Shown: positions 1-9,725 of the stretch, in pieces
Numbering within the stretch: the first letter of the stretch is position 1
How the letters are laid out: each line of letters starts with the position of its first letter
Assembly (NCBI GenBank): GCA_041855345.1
Contig: JBHAEB010000073.1
Span: forward strand, 154 to 64,153
Direction: 5' to 3'
Length of the DNA stretch: 64,000 bases
Source of the DNA: Arachnia sp.
Lineage (GTDB): Bacteria > Actinomycetota > Actinomycetes > Propionibacteriales > Propionibacteriaceae
Notes under the pieces: model-generated
Seen by the model: the letters and a program-made list of their open reading frames with translations, nothing else
What the model was told of the DNA's origin: nothing
The model's database searches: none
Made by a program: the position numbers and the translations under genes

Positions 1-261
1 GCCAGCCGGCGCTGCGCTGCCACGTCCGCAGTCACACCCCTGGTAGCCGCGGGTCTTCGTCGAGTTCCGCCGCAACACCCCGGGAGATCACCGACGGGCA
101 ACGCCCCAGATGAACCGCGATCCTACGCACTGGCCAACCAGCCTTCAACGCTGTCGCTATCTCCGAGCGATCCGAAAACCTCAAACCCCCGCCGCACCAT
201 CCAGACCTCCAAACCCAAGCCCCCACCAACAGGGGTGTTGCTACGACGCTATGACACCACC
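1..261 (-). mobile_element. IS30-family element, left end with frameshifted N-terminal transposase fragment (runs off window)
   Basis: HTH segment FSDRSEIATALKAGWPVRRIAVHLGRCPSVISR continues in another frame as RNSTKTRGY. Terminus GGTGGTGTCATAGCGTCGTAGCAACA (261->236) resembles the IS ends at 61857 and 62873. Confidence 0.8.
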
Positions 262-415
262 CGGAGCCGGCTACCCACATCGCACATCATGGCGAGATTC
301 TTCTCCCACTTCCGTGAATGGCGGCATGCTCCAGGGCAGGGAACTCGCCGGGCCTGATTCCGAACGAGCTGACCGTCCTCGCCGTATTGATTTGATAGCC
401 ACGCGACTACCTTAT

Positions 416-847
416 TCAAATACTGATCGTTGAAGAGCAACTATAAGTGTGGTCAATTATTACTAAGTCCATGCCGAATCCCTGAGGCAAATTGGTTAAT
501 GCCATAGGTATTTTGGGAAATGCTATCAGTTTATACGCTAAGTCATCCAGATCTATGTCATAACTAAAAATTCCCTTTCTGGCGTAACTCAAAAAGGATT
601 CCAAATACTCTTCGCTCTCCCTTGGGGTGTTGAATACTGGTAGATTCTCTTCGCAAAGAAGAGCTCCCGTGGTATCAGGTAAATTGCTCAAGAAGTCGAA
701 TTGACGCTCCCACAATGGCTTAGACTCTTTAAGTTTACTTGGCAACTTATCGGTTCCTCTAGTTGTGAAATGAGCAATGAAGCCTTCGCCATTTACTGCA
801 AACCAATCTAAATCGTGAGATTCGATAAATAATTCTGACATAACCAT
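416..847 (-). CDS. AT-rich hypothetical protein, putative orphan immunity protein
   Basis: ATG at 847 (or 841) behind an AAAGGAGG SD. AT-rich compared with the host. DLDWFAVNGEGFIAHF...YARKGIFSYD. Directly follows an Rhs junction remnant. Confidence 0.7.
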   Translation of the reverse strand: MVMSELFIESHDLDWFAVNGEGFIAHFTTRGTDKLPSKLKESKPLWERQFDFLSNLPDTTGALLCEENLPVFNTPRESEEYLESFLSYARKGIFSYDIDLDDLAYKLIAFPKIPMALTNLPQGFGMDLVIIDHTYSCSSTISI

Positions 848-901
848 TTTTCCTCCTTTCAATCCAATCGGATCTTGATTTACAAACCTACCGCCATCAG
901 G
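848..901 (-). pseudogene. Rhs core C-terminal junction remnant
   Basis: Translates PDGGRFVNQDPIGLKGG, the Rhs-associated core GRFxxxDPIGLxGG motif. Confidence 0.75.
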
Positions 902-1212
902 GGGCGCCGAACTGATCGCGCTGGCCGGGGACTCCTCGGCCCGACCCAAGACCACCGGCGGGACCTTGGTCTGGTGGCGACGATCGAGTCGAGTTCCCAC
1001 AGACCCTAGTAGTGGCTGGTTGTAGGGCTGGCCGTCGTCTGCATTGCGGTGAGAATCCAGTGTCGCCAGGGCGGGCCATCCTCGATTGTGACTCACGCAA
1101 TGGTGGGCCCAGTAACCTCGGCTTCCCATCACCAGGGCTCCAACCAGGAGAGCCGCGTCGGCCCGCTGGCCCCTATGCGGAGCGGCCAGCCGCCTCGTGA
1201 TACTCCTGCGAG

Positions 1213-1555
1213 CTAATCATTGTTGATGAAGCCCCCTATTGCTTGGCGGAACCATGCGTAGAGCGACGGGTAGGCGGTCACCTGCTCCCAGCCGGGTGAG
1301 GTGAAATCGCGGATCGCCACCGCTGGCCCGTAGCGGCCGTTGACTTCGAAGCAGGCGACGTCGTCGTTGCCCTCGCGATCAGCAAACAGGACGAGGGTTC
1401 GTTCAGCGCTGGCGCAACCCGGCCGCCGGGATGATGAGAGCTGTCGGTGAGGATGAGCCATGGAAAGGGAATAGGAGTTCGTATTCGATGATCCGGAGGA
1501 GTTCGGGTAGGTACCGGAATCCGCTGGGGAGGTCAGCTGTTGACAGCAGAGTCAT
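1213..1555 (-). pseudogene. Frameshifted immunity-like protein (SMI1/KNR4-related)
   Basis: ATG 1555 gives MTLLSTADLPSGFRYLPELLRIIEYELL; other frames continue as PWLILT and RTLVLFADREGNDDVACF...DFTSPGWEQ...WFRQAI. Confidence 0.65.
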
Positions 1556-1899
1556 GATTGTCCATCCCTCCCAATTCCAGCCGGTAGGCCTGTTTGGTTC
1601 CGTCGGCCGCTGGGAAAATCCTGAGGTACTCGTCGTCCGAGGCTGTGATACTTCTTATGGTGCAGGCCGCGGGCGGAGAGCCTTTGTTCGGGCTTCAGGA
1701 TTCTGAGGAATCCTCGGTTGCGTCGTTGGGATTTTTCCGGGGTCTCGTATCCTCTATTTCGTCAAGATTTCGGTGTATGACTTTAAAATCGACGTCGATT
1801 ATGACGTGAACCGATCCGCGCGCTGTGAGGCGTGGCCCTTCAAATATTTCGAGGGTGGTGAGCTTCACATCAAACTCGGGCAGCAGCAATGGCAAGATC

Positions 1900-2200
1900 A
1901 TGACTCGGTACGGCACCCCGAACTCGAAGCGCCTGGGGTAGGCCAGGATCTTGTTGGTCTCGTCGATGCCCGCGATCGTGGTGGTGGCCCGCAGGAAGCC
2001 TGCCGCCGTGTGCGGCACGGGTGAAGTCAGGTGGGAGTAGCCGCTGGTCACGGCACCTTCGGCGCCGGCCAGCAGTACCCCTTGACGAGGCCTCCGCCGG
2101 GGACCACGGAGAACGCGCCGCCAATGGCCACCTGGCCCCAATCGACCGAGCCCGTCGTCTTTTGGATGGTGGTGTCAGCGCCCATGGTCTTGGTCGCCGA
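1900..2200 (-). pseudogene. Fragment of actinobacterial Rhs protein post-core (pre-toxin) region
   Basis: GADTTIQKTTGSVDWGQVAIGGAF and, in another frame, GAVTSGYSHLTSPVPHTAAGFL resemble actinobacterial Rhs C-terminal linkers. Broken by frameshifts. Confidence 0.55.
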
Positions 2201-2308
2201 TGTCCTAGCCAGCTGCTTATCCATTCCTTTTCGACACGAGAACATACCCGACGCCAGGGACCACGGCAGCACCCCACCCCCAACCACTCGCTCTGGAAAC
2301 GGAGGGCG

Positions 2309-3292
2309 TTAATGTCCCATCGTGCGGGGACGCTTGGCCCGATCCGCACGCCTGAGGACGGCAGCCCCAGCCACAAAGAGCACCAGCACCACTGGCCAGC
2401 CACTCCAGCCGGTAATGCCCGCGGCGATGGGATCGTATGGATGATTGACCTGGTTCAGCGGTGCGACGGTCAACAACACCGCACCCGCCGCGTTTATGGC
2501 GGCATGAGCTGATGCGCCAGCCCAGACGGAGCCACCCCAATTCATGAAGAGTTGGATAGGGATTGTGAGCCCAGCGCATGAGCCAATGAACATCACGATT
2601 CCAAGCTCCGGATTGTTGGGGTAGTTGTGTCCTAGCAGGATTACCGGGGCGTGCCACAAGGCCCAGATGACGGTGGTGCTAGCCAGCGCGGCGGTCACTC
2701 CGATACGTTCTTGTAACCTGGGATAGAGCCAAGCATGCCAAGCAAGTTCTTCGCCGAAGGCCCCCAAATAGCCGATCAAGAACAGTGCAGGGGTGGTGAT
2801 GGCGATTCTGCGCCATAGTTCAGCCCATAGCTGTGCATGGGATAGTTGCGAGCCTCCCTGCGAGGTGCTGAGCGTCGCCTGGAATCCAGATAAGTTCGAC
2901 AAATCGAATTCGTAGGTGCCTAGTAGAGCGGATGAGATCAAGGTAAGTAGAACCAAGACGAAGGCTGCCGGGATAGATAGCAGCGACCACCAGAGAGTCT
3001 TCTTCCAGACCCCTTTGAGTCTTAGCTTCAGTTCGCGGCGCACCGATTTCTTCTCGACGAAGCGAACGATGATGATGGCAGCCAGTCCTGGGGTCCACAT
3101 GAATAAGGTGGAAAAGAGTATCCCAAGGGGGGAAGCGGCCTGTGCATTGAGGAGGAATCCAGGGATATATAACGCCCAGCTAAGTCCAAATGCGAGGGCG
3201 ACAAATAATAGAATGTGTTGCCATTGCGCGAGTCTTTGCTTTGAGGACTTCTCGTCGTTGCTCAGTTGCGCGATATTGCGTATTGAGGGCAT
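2309..3292 (-). CDS. CPBP (CAAX/Abi) family intramembrane metalloprotease
   Basis: Multi-TM protein with GEELAW, IWALWH and HAAIN motifs. Confidence 0.88.
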   Translation of the reverse strand: MPSIRNIAQLSNDEKSSKQRLAQWQHILLFVALAFGLSWALYIPGFLLNAQAASPLGILFSTLFMWTPGLAAIIIVRFVEKKSVRRELKLRLKGVWKKTLWWSLLSIPAAFVLVLLTLISSALLGTYEFDLSNLSGFQATLSTSQGGSQLSHAQLWAELWRRIAITTPALFLIGYLGAFGEELAWHAWLYPRLQERIGVTAALASTTVIWALWHAPVILLGHNYPNNPELGIVMFIGSCAGLTIPIQLFMNWGGSVWAGASAHAAINAAGAVLLTVAPLNQVNHPYDPIAAGITGWSGWPVVLVLFVAGAAVLRRADRAKRPRTMGH

Positions 3293-3401
3293 CGTGATCC
3301 TTTCGAGGGCAGGTTGACACCAGGGCGTGACGCGCCCTGTCTGGGTTGTGCTATCTCTTGGGGTCTACGTTCGGCCGCTTAAGCGAGCTTGAGGGTGTGG
3401 G

Positions 3402-4373
3402 TTATGTGCTCTTTCTTGCGATCAGGGTGTTGATCGTGGCGGCTGCTTGCTCGGGGTCGGACACAGTCATCACGAGGCCTGGGGCTCTGTGTCGCGACAC
3501 CAGTAGTGAGGGCGAACTGCATACCCGGGAGAGTCGCGAATTCGGTCGAAGCGGCAGGATATAGCCGATTATGTTGAGAGCGGGATATGGTTGCGCCGCC
3601 GCATAGCTAAGCTCCTTGAGTGGAATGTGAAACCAGGTGAATCCGCCCACCTGAAGACTGACTCTAATGCCACGTGCATCGATGCTGACCCTCGATCCGA
3701 TGAATAAACTGGTTATTCCGAAGGTCAACAGAGCTATCAGCAGTCCAATCGTATAGATGCTAGAGGCGATCGATAGGGAAAGCGAAATGACAATAGCAAA
3801 TACCATACCCAGGGCAAATACGCGCCTGATGGTGTCCGGCATCCTTAGCCGCCCCCACCAGGCGATTCGTATCCCTGGTGGAACCGCCAGCTGTGGGGCT
3901 TCCATCGACTGTGGTGTAGACGCCGACCTATCCCGGGTGAGACGACGAATAGCCAGCCTCGATAGGTATCCCATCCCGATGCCTGTTATCACGGAAACCA
4001 CAGTCCCAGTTGCGATAGGGGAGCCGTCGAGCTGTGGACCCGTCGTGGCCTGAGGCAGTAATGCCCATAGACACACCGACGTGACTGTGGTTGTGGACCC
4101 CAAAGCGATGGGGCCGATAAGGCTTTCGCCCCTCAGGAACTGGGAAATAGGGATGAATAGTGCCGCTACCGTGAGCCCAGCTCCCAAAGTTAGCCATACA
4201 CCCTCCTCGGGGCTTACGAGCCGCAGCCCGTCAGGGGTCGAACCTACGGCGAGCAAGCCGTGGTAGTCGGCCAGAGCCAGGTGCAGTAGTGCAGCTGCTA
4301 AGAGGGCCACGAGGATGGCTAGCAAGGTGCAATAAGGCAGCTCACTGGGGCTTGTCGACTGTTGGGGGCTCAT
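3402..4373 (-). CDS. Multi-pass membrane protein (DUF1648/SdpI-like)
   Basis: Several TM helices, C-terminal LVMTVSDPEQAAATINTL, and translational coupling to a GntR gene as is typical for this family. Confidence 0.65.
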   Translation of the reverse strand: MSPQQSTSPSELPYCTLLAILVALLAAALLHLALADYHGLLAVGSTPDGLRLVSPEEGVWLTLGAGLTVAALFIPISQFLRGESLIGPIALGSTTTVTSVCLWALLPQATTGPQLDGSPIATGTVVSVITGIGMGYLSRLAIRRLTRDRSASTPQSMEAPQLAVPPGIRIAWWGRLRMPDTIRRVFALGMVFAIVISLSLSIASSIYTIGLLIALLTFGITSLFIGSRVSIDARGIRVSLQVGGFTWFHIPLKELSYAAAQPYPALNIIGYILPLRPNSRLSRVCSSPSLLVSRHRAPGLVMTVSDPEQAAATINTLIARKST

Positions 4374-4753
4374 CGGGGGAGACTCGCCTCCTCGATATGG
4401 CGCACCAATCGTGCGCTGCTAATCCCATGTGTGTGCGCCATGTGCAGAAGCTCATTCAACAGCGTCATTACCGGGACAGGAAGGTCATCGCCGAGTTCTG
4501 AGTTCTGGGGGTCAGGTGCGGCCAGGATGATGGCGCCACGGCCCCGTCGAAGTTCAATGACACCCGCGTCCCTCAGGTGCTGGTAGGCCTGAAGGACGGT
4601 GTGTAGATTCACCTCAAGACTGGCTGCCAGTTCCTTAGCGCTTGGTAGACGTGTCCCTTCGGTGAGTTCGCCGCTAGCGATGCCACGTCGGATCGTGTCA
4701 GCGATCTGCTGGTAGAGGGGGACAGACTGGCGAGGATCGATCAGCCACAACAT
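4370..4753 (-). CDS. GntR (YtrA subfamily) transcriptional regulator
   Basis: PLYQQIADTIRRGIASGEL...LPSAKELAASLEVNLHTVLQAYQHL...RRGRG wHTH with a short C-terminus. Confidence 0.93.
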   Translation of the reverse strand: MLWLIDPRQSVPLYQQIADTIRRGIASGELTEGTRLPSAKELAASLEVNLHTVLQAYQHLRDAGVIELRRGRGAIILAAPDPQNSELGDDLPVPVMTLLNELLHMAHTHGISSARLVRHIEEASLPR

Positions 4754-4754
4754 A

Positions 4755-4773
4755 GTTCTAGAATAACTAGAAC
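4755..4773. promoter_or_regulatory. Palindromic GntR/YtrA-type operator
   Basis: Perfect inverted repeat GTTCTAG-aataa-CTAGAAC immediately upstream of the regulator start codon. Confidence 0.7.
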
Positions 4774-5035
4774 AACTCTCGGGAGCAACACCCCCCGCGA
4801 AATGCGGGAGTTCTTCGGTGGTGTTGCTGTGGCTTGCTTCGTACGTATGTTGGTTCTGTGGCCGCCCGGACCCAAGCGGAAGTGGCAGTGTTGGTTGAAC
4901 CGGTTCGTGAAGCCGGATGCGGTGAGCTTCGGGGCTTTAAACCTGACCAGGAAGTTGCAGTGTGCTGGGTGAACTGGCTGGCGCTAGGTGAGTGATCCCG
5001 TTCGAGACCACAGCGAGCGTCCCTCCGCCATGCTG

Positions 5036-5096
5036 CAATCGGTCGGGTTTCTACACTACAAATGGCCGGGTTTCTATCAGGCAAATGGTCGGCAAG
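5036..5096. repeat. 23-bp tandem repeat block, downstream copy
   Basis: CTACACTACAAATGGCCGGGTTT (5051-5073), CTATCAGGCAAATGGTCGGCAAG (5074-5096) and a partial unit at 5036-5050. Confidence 0.85.
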
Positions 5097-5256
5097 GTTG
5101 CCCCTGAGTGTCCGGTTCGGGCTAGGTAAACAAGACCCCACCCCTCATCACGGCGGTTGCTCCAATACGGTGCTGGATTAATGGATCAAAGCCCTAGCAG
5201 GCCAGGGATGTGCTGTTCCCAGGCGTCCAATGGGGGATATTGGTTTAGTCCGCTCG

Positions 5257-6525
5257 TCAAGGCCCTAGCAGGGCCAAGGGAACTACGGCCACGCCGTCGG
5301 GGCGGCGGTAGGCGTACGATCCCGAGGTGACGACGACGCGATTCACGAGACGTTCGCCGAGTTCACCTTGGAGCCAGTTCAGGTGCTTTACGTCACTGTC
5401 GCTGACGGTACCGGCCAACTTGATCTCGATCGCGACCGTCTTCAAGCTCTGCGATTCGATAATCAGGTCGACTTCGCGGCTGTCCTTGGTGCGTAGGTGC
5501 CCAACCCGGGCCTCGGCGCTGTTCGCATAGATCCGCAGACTCTGGGTGGCCAAAGACTCGAACAGCGCGCCTAACCAGGTGCCTGTGGTCTTCAAGACTC
5601 GGTTGTCCTTGCCCCGAAGCAGTCCATCTTTGCCTACGCCGACGAGCCGGGCCGCCAACGCAGGGTCGACCAAGTGATGCTTCGGAGCTTTGGTAAGGCG
5701 TTTTAGGGGATGGAAGACGGGGATCCAGGCCGGTACCGGATCGAGGATGAACAGCCGCGTCAGGTGATCGCGATAAGCCTCGACGGTGGAGCGGGCAGGT
5801 TTGTTGGGTTCCCCGGCCGTAGCGGCATCGAGGATCGCGGTATACGAAGCGTTGAGTGCCGTCGCCGCAGCGTAAGCGGACAGCCAGGCCATCAGCGTCG
5901 CCGGGCGGCGCACTTGGGCGCCGTTCTCGGAAAGCTCATGGTCGACGATTCTGGCTATGTAGCTGTCGAGCTGTAGGTTCCTGGCGCGCTCGGGCAGGGG
6001 CCTGATTCCGGGGAACCCAGAGGCCATGATCTCGTCGACGTAGTCGGCGAGATCAACAGTGCTGTGGCCGCTGATGGGGAGCTCTGGATTAGTGAGCAGA
6101 CCCTGGATCGACACAGTGGGTTCTGCTAATCCACGCTCGGCCAGCGACATCGGCCGCATCGTCATGCGCACTATGCGCCCGGCACCGGAGTGAATCCTCA
6201 CCCCCGGTGCGATCCCGGCAGAGCCAGCCAGCAAGAAACGGCCTGCTCTAGGGTCGTCGTCGACTGCCTTGCGCACCCGATCCCAAACCTCCGGAGCCAG
6301 CTGCCACTCGTCGATGAACAGTGGTGCGGGCGCCCGGGTGATGCTGTCCTGGTCGGCGAGGATCATCTCTCGCTCGGCGGCGTGGGTCAGGGTCATCACG
6401 GTCTTCGCGCGGCGTGCCGCCGTCGCTGTCTTGCCGACGCCCTTGGCCCCCTCCAACGCAATGGCAGCGAGATGGGGGAACAGCTCATCGAGGGCGTCGT
6501 CGATGATACGTCGCCGGTAGGTCAT
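5257..6525 (-). CDS. AAA_14 ATPase / DUF4143 protein with C-terminal PD-(D/E)xK-like domain
   Basis: Walker A GAKGVGKT, Walker B LFIDEWQ, FLLAGS, GGFP-like SGFP, KHHLVDPALA, GALFE, REVDLI...IEIK. Confidence 0.92.
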   Translation of the reverse strand: MTYRRRIIDDALDELFPHLAAIALEGAKGVGKTATAARRAKTVMTLTHAAEREMILADQDSITRAPAPLFIDEWQLAPEVWDRVRKAVDDDPRAGRFLLAGSAGIAPGVRIHSGAGRIVRMTMRPMSLAERGLAEPTVSIQGLLTNPELPISGHSTVDLADYVDEIMASGFPGIRPLPERARNLQLDSYIARIVDHELSENGAQVRRPATLMAWLSAYAAATALNASYTAILDAATAGEPNKPARSTVEAYRDHLTRLFILDPVPAWIPVFHPLKRLTKAPKHHLVDPALAARLVGVGKDGLLRGKDNRVLKTTGTWLGALFESLATQSLRIYANSAEARVGHLRTKDSREVDLIIESQSLKTVAIEIKLAGTVSDSDVKHLNWLQGELGERLVNRVVVTSGSYAYRRPDGVAVVPLALLGP

Positions 6526-6542
6526 GGATCTAGCCTAGCCGC

Positions 6543-6610
6543 CTACACTACAAATGGTCGGCCTTCTATCAGGCAAATAGCCGGGTTTCTATCAGGCAAA
6601 TCGTCGGGCT
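6543..6610. repeat. 23-bp tandem repeat block over the DUF4143 promoter
   Basis: Units at 6543-6565, 6566-6588 and 6589-6610; same units and orientation as 5051-5096. Confidence 0.88.
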
Positions 6611-6690
6611 GGAGCCGTTATCAGACCCAACCAGTTGAGCGGGTGTGGCCGGGACGCAGTTGCCTGCGACTGCGCCCGGCCTACTAATAG

Positions 6691-9594
6691 TTACTCCGGG
6701 ACGACGGAGACCAGCTTCGGGGCGCGGACGATCACCTTCCGCACGCCACGACCGTTCAAGGCGCGTACCGTGCCGGGCGCCGCCAGCGCCAGTGCGGTCA
6801 ATTCGTCGTCGCCGATGTTCGGGTCCACCTCCAGCGAGGCGCGGACCTTGCCCTGCACCTGCACCACGCAGGTCACCTGCTCCGCGACCAGCAGTGAGGG
6901 GTCGCTGACCTCGGGGAAAGGCTCGTGCGCCAGCGACGATTCATGACCCAGCCGCTGCCACAACTCCTCGCAGATATGCGGAGCCACCGGGGCCGTCATC
7001 AACACCAACGCCTCCATCGCCTCCCGCGGAACCGTTTTCAGGCCCGTCAGGTGGTTGTTCAGCATGATCAGCTTCGCGATCGCGGTATTCATCCGCATCG
7101 TCTCGAAGTCTTCACGCACCCCCGCGATGGTCTGCGCCACCACCCGTCGCGTCGCCTCCTCCGCCGGTGCATCGGAGACTGTCAGCTCGCCGGTGGCCTC
7201 GTCGACGGCGTTTCGCCACAGCCGTTGCAGGAACCGCTGCGAACCGACGACGGCGCGGGTTTCCCACGGCCGATCCACATCCAGCGGCCCCATGCTCATC
7301 TCGTACACCCGGAAAGTGTCTGCGCCATATGCGGCGTACATGTCATCGGGCGTGACGATGTTCTTCAGCGACTTGCCCATCTTGCCGTACTCGCGAGTGA
7401 CGGGCTCGCCCTCCCAAACGAATCCGGTGGTCTCGTCACCGGTCACCTCGTCGGCCGGCACATACTGGCCGCGGGCGTCCTTGAAGGCATAGGCCTGCAC
7501 ATAGCCCTGGTTGAACAGCTTGTGATACGGCTCAGACGAGCTCACCACCCCCAGATCGAACAGCACCTTGTGCCAGAAGCGGGAGTACAGCAGGTGCAAC
7601 ACCGCATGCTCCACGCCCCCGACGTACAGGTCCGTGCCGCCGGAGGTGTTGCCCTGCTCGGGGCGCGGGCCCATCCAGTAGGCCTCGTTGGCCGGGTCGA
7701 TCAGCTGCGTCTCGTCGGTCGGGTCGACATAACGCATCTCATACCAACACGAACCGGCCCACTGCGGCATGGTGTTGGTCTCGCGACGGTACTTGCGCAC
7801 CCCGTCGCCCAGATCCAGCTCCACCTCAACCCACTCGGCGGCGCGGCTCAACGGCGTCTCCGGCGAGGAATCGGCATCCTCGGGATCAAAGGAGCGCGGC
7901 GAATAATCGGTGACCTCCGGCAACTCCACCGGCAGCATCGACTCCGGCAGCGCATGCATCCGGCCTTCCTCATCCCACACGATCGGGAAGGGCTCGCCCC
8001 AGTACCGCTGCCGAGAGAACAGCCAGTCGCGCAGCCGGTAGGTGACCGCCGCGCGGCCCAGGCCCTTCGACTCCAGCCAGGCGGTCATCGTCGCCTTCGC
8101 CTCGTCCTTGGCCATCCCGTTCAGCGAGACCTCGCAGTTTGCGGAATCAACCGCCACTCCGTCGCCCTCATAGGCTGAGGTGCTCAGGTCGATGCTGCGG
8201 GGATCGTCGGCGGGGCCAATGGTCTGGACGATGTCCAGGGCGTACTTGGTGGCGAATTCCCAGTCGCGCTGGTCGTGCGCGGGCACCGCCATGATCGCGC
8301 CAGTGCCGTAGCCCATCAGCACGTAGTCGGCGACGAAGATCGGGATCAACTGGTTGTTGACCGGATTCTTGCCGAACAACCCGGTAAAGATGCCCGTCTT
8401 AGTCCGGTCCTCCGCGGTGCGTTCCTCGTCGGAAGCCGACGCTGCATAGGCGCGGTAGGCCGCCACGGCCTCGGCGGGGGTGGCGTGGCCGCCGGTCCAC
8501 TCCTCGCGCGTGCCCTCGGGCCATGCGGCCGGCACTCGCAACTCGGCCTCGCCCAGCATCGGATGCTCCGGGGCGACAACCATGAAGGTCGCACCAAACA
8601 GCGTGTCTGGGCGGGTGGTGTAAACCTCCAGCACCTCATCCAACTCGGGTACCTCGAAGCGAACCTCAGCGCCCTCGGAGCGGCCGATCCAGTTGCGCTG
8701 CATCGCCTTGACCTTCTCCGGCCAATCGACGGTGTCCAGATCATCGGCCAAACGGTCGCCATAGGCGGTGATTCGCATCATCCACTGGCGCAGGTTGCGC
8801 TTGAAGACGGGGAAATTACCGCGCTCGGAGCGTCCCTCGGCGGTGACCTCCTCGTTGGCCAGCACCGTGCCCAACCCGGGGCACCAGTTGACGGGCGCGT
8901 CGGAGACGAAGGCTAACCGGAAGGAATCGACGGCCTGCGCCTGCTCGACCTCGCTCAGCTCGGCCCATGCCCGGCCATCTGGGGTGGTGACCTCGCCCGA
9001 GATCAGTTTCTCGCGCAGCTCCGAGATGGGGCGGGCAGCGCCCAAGCCCCGGCCGTCGCGTCGCGGCGCCGTCGGGTCGAACCACGAGTTGAACACCTGC
9101 AGGAAGATCCACTGCGTCCACCGCACATAGTCGACGTCGATCGTGGAAACGGAGCGCCGCGGGTCGTGGGACAGGCCCAGCCGCCGCAGCTGACGCCGCA
9201 TATTGGCGATGTTGGCCTCGGTGGAGATCCTGGGGTGCTGCCCGGTCTGCACCGCGTACTGCTCGGCAGGCAGGCCGAAGGCGTCGTAGCCCATGGTGTA
9301 CAGCACATTCTTGCCGGTCATTCGGGTGAACCGGGCGACGACATCTGTGGCGATGTAGCCCAGCGGGTGCCCGACGTGCAGGCCCTTGCCAGAGGGGTAG
9401 GGGAACATGTCCAGTAGGAAGAACTTCTCCTTCTCGGCGCCGGGGCCAGCCAGGGCGCCGACGGGGTTATCGGAGTAGAAAGTGCCTTCCTTTTCCCAGC
9501 GCTCCTGCCAGGCCGTCTCGATCTGATCGGCCAGCTCGGCGGTGTAGCGGTAAGGGACGTTGCGCTCAACGGCAGCGTCATCATGGTTGGTCAT
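6691..9594 (-). CDS. leuS: Leucine--tRNA ligase
   Basis: [14 protein letters not shown] (HIGH), YTTRPDT editing domain, [20 protein letters not shown]. Confidence 0.98.
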   Translation of the reverse strand: MTNHDDAAVERNVPYRYTAELADQIETAWQERWEKEGTFYSDNPVGALAGPGAEKEKFFLLDMFPYPSGKGLHVGHPLGYIATDVVARFTRMTGKNVLYTMGYDAFGLPAEQYAVQTGQHPRISTEANIANMRRQLRRLGLSHDPRRSVSTIDVDYVRWTQWIFLQVFNSWFDPTAPRRDGRGLGAARPISELREKLISGEVTTPDGRAWAELSEVEQAQAVDSFRLAFVSDAPVNWCPGLGTVLANEEVTAEGRSERGNFPVFKRNLRQWMMRITAYGDRLADDLDTVDWPEKVKAMQRNWIGRSEGAEVRFEVPELDEVLEVYTTRPDTLFGATFMVVAPEHPMLGEAELRVPAAWPEGTREEWTGGHATPAEAVAAYRAYAASASDEERTAEDRTKTGIFTGLFGKNPVNNQLIPIFVADYVLMGYGTGAIMAVPAHDQRDWEFATKYALDIVQTIGPADDPRSIDLSTSAYEGDGVAVDSANCEVSLNGMAKDEAKATMTAWLESKGLGRAAVTYRLRDWLFSRQRYWGEPFPIVWDEEGRMHALPESMLPVELPEVTDYSPRSFDPEDADSSPETPLSRAAEWVEVELDLGDGVRKYRRETNTMPQWAGSCWYEMRYVDPTDETQLIDPANEAYWMGPRPEQGNTSGGTDLYVGGVEHAVLHLLYSRFWHKVLFDLGVVSSSEPYHKLFNQGYVQAYAFKDARGQYVPADEVTGDETTGFVWEGEPVTREYGKMGKSLKNIVTPDDMYAAYGADTFRVYEMSMGPLDVDRPWETRAVVGSQRFLQRLWRNAVDEATGELTVSDAPAEEATRRVVAQTIAGVREDFETMRMNTAIAKLIMLNNHLTGLKTVPREAMEALVLMTAPVAPHICEELWQRLGHESSLAHEPFPEVSDPSLLVAEQVTCVVQVQGKVRASLEVDPNIGDDELTALALAAPGTVRALNGRGVRKVIVRAPKLVSVVPE

Positions 9595-9630
9595 TGTGAG
9601 GTCTCCTCGGCTGGTGGCTCCAGAGCAATA

Positions 9631-9725
9631 TCAAACACCGCAGCGAGGGGCATCTGGCTCAGTGGGGCTGGGCCTCGCTGCGGCGGCCAAGGAGCAAGAA
9701 TGTGCCTGCCACGGTTGGGATTGTA
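9631..9725 (-). promoter_or_regulatory. leuS leucine attenuator (leader peptide plus terminator hairpin)
   Basis: -10 TACAAT (9725-9720), leaderless uORF, 11-bp perfect stem 9638-9648/9673-9683 followed by TGTTTG. Confidence 0.8.
9659..9712 (-). CDS. leuS leader peptide MAGTFLLLGRRSEAQPH
   Basis: GTG start 7 nt after the -10 box; three consecutive Leu codons TTG CTC CTT. Confidence 0.78.
   Translation of the reverse strand: MAGTFLLLGRRSEAQPH

Noticed and set aside
6925-8178. 417-aa plus-strand ORF and similar long antisense ORFs over pyc, nifJ and the ABC genes
   Set aside because: Shadow frames of high-GC genes; no motifs and fully overlapped by well-supported CDSs.
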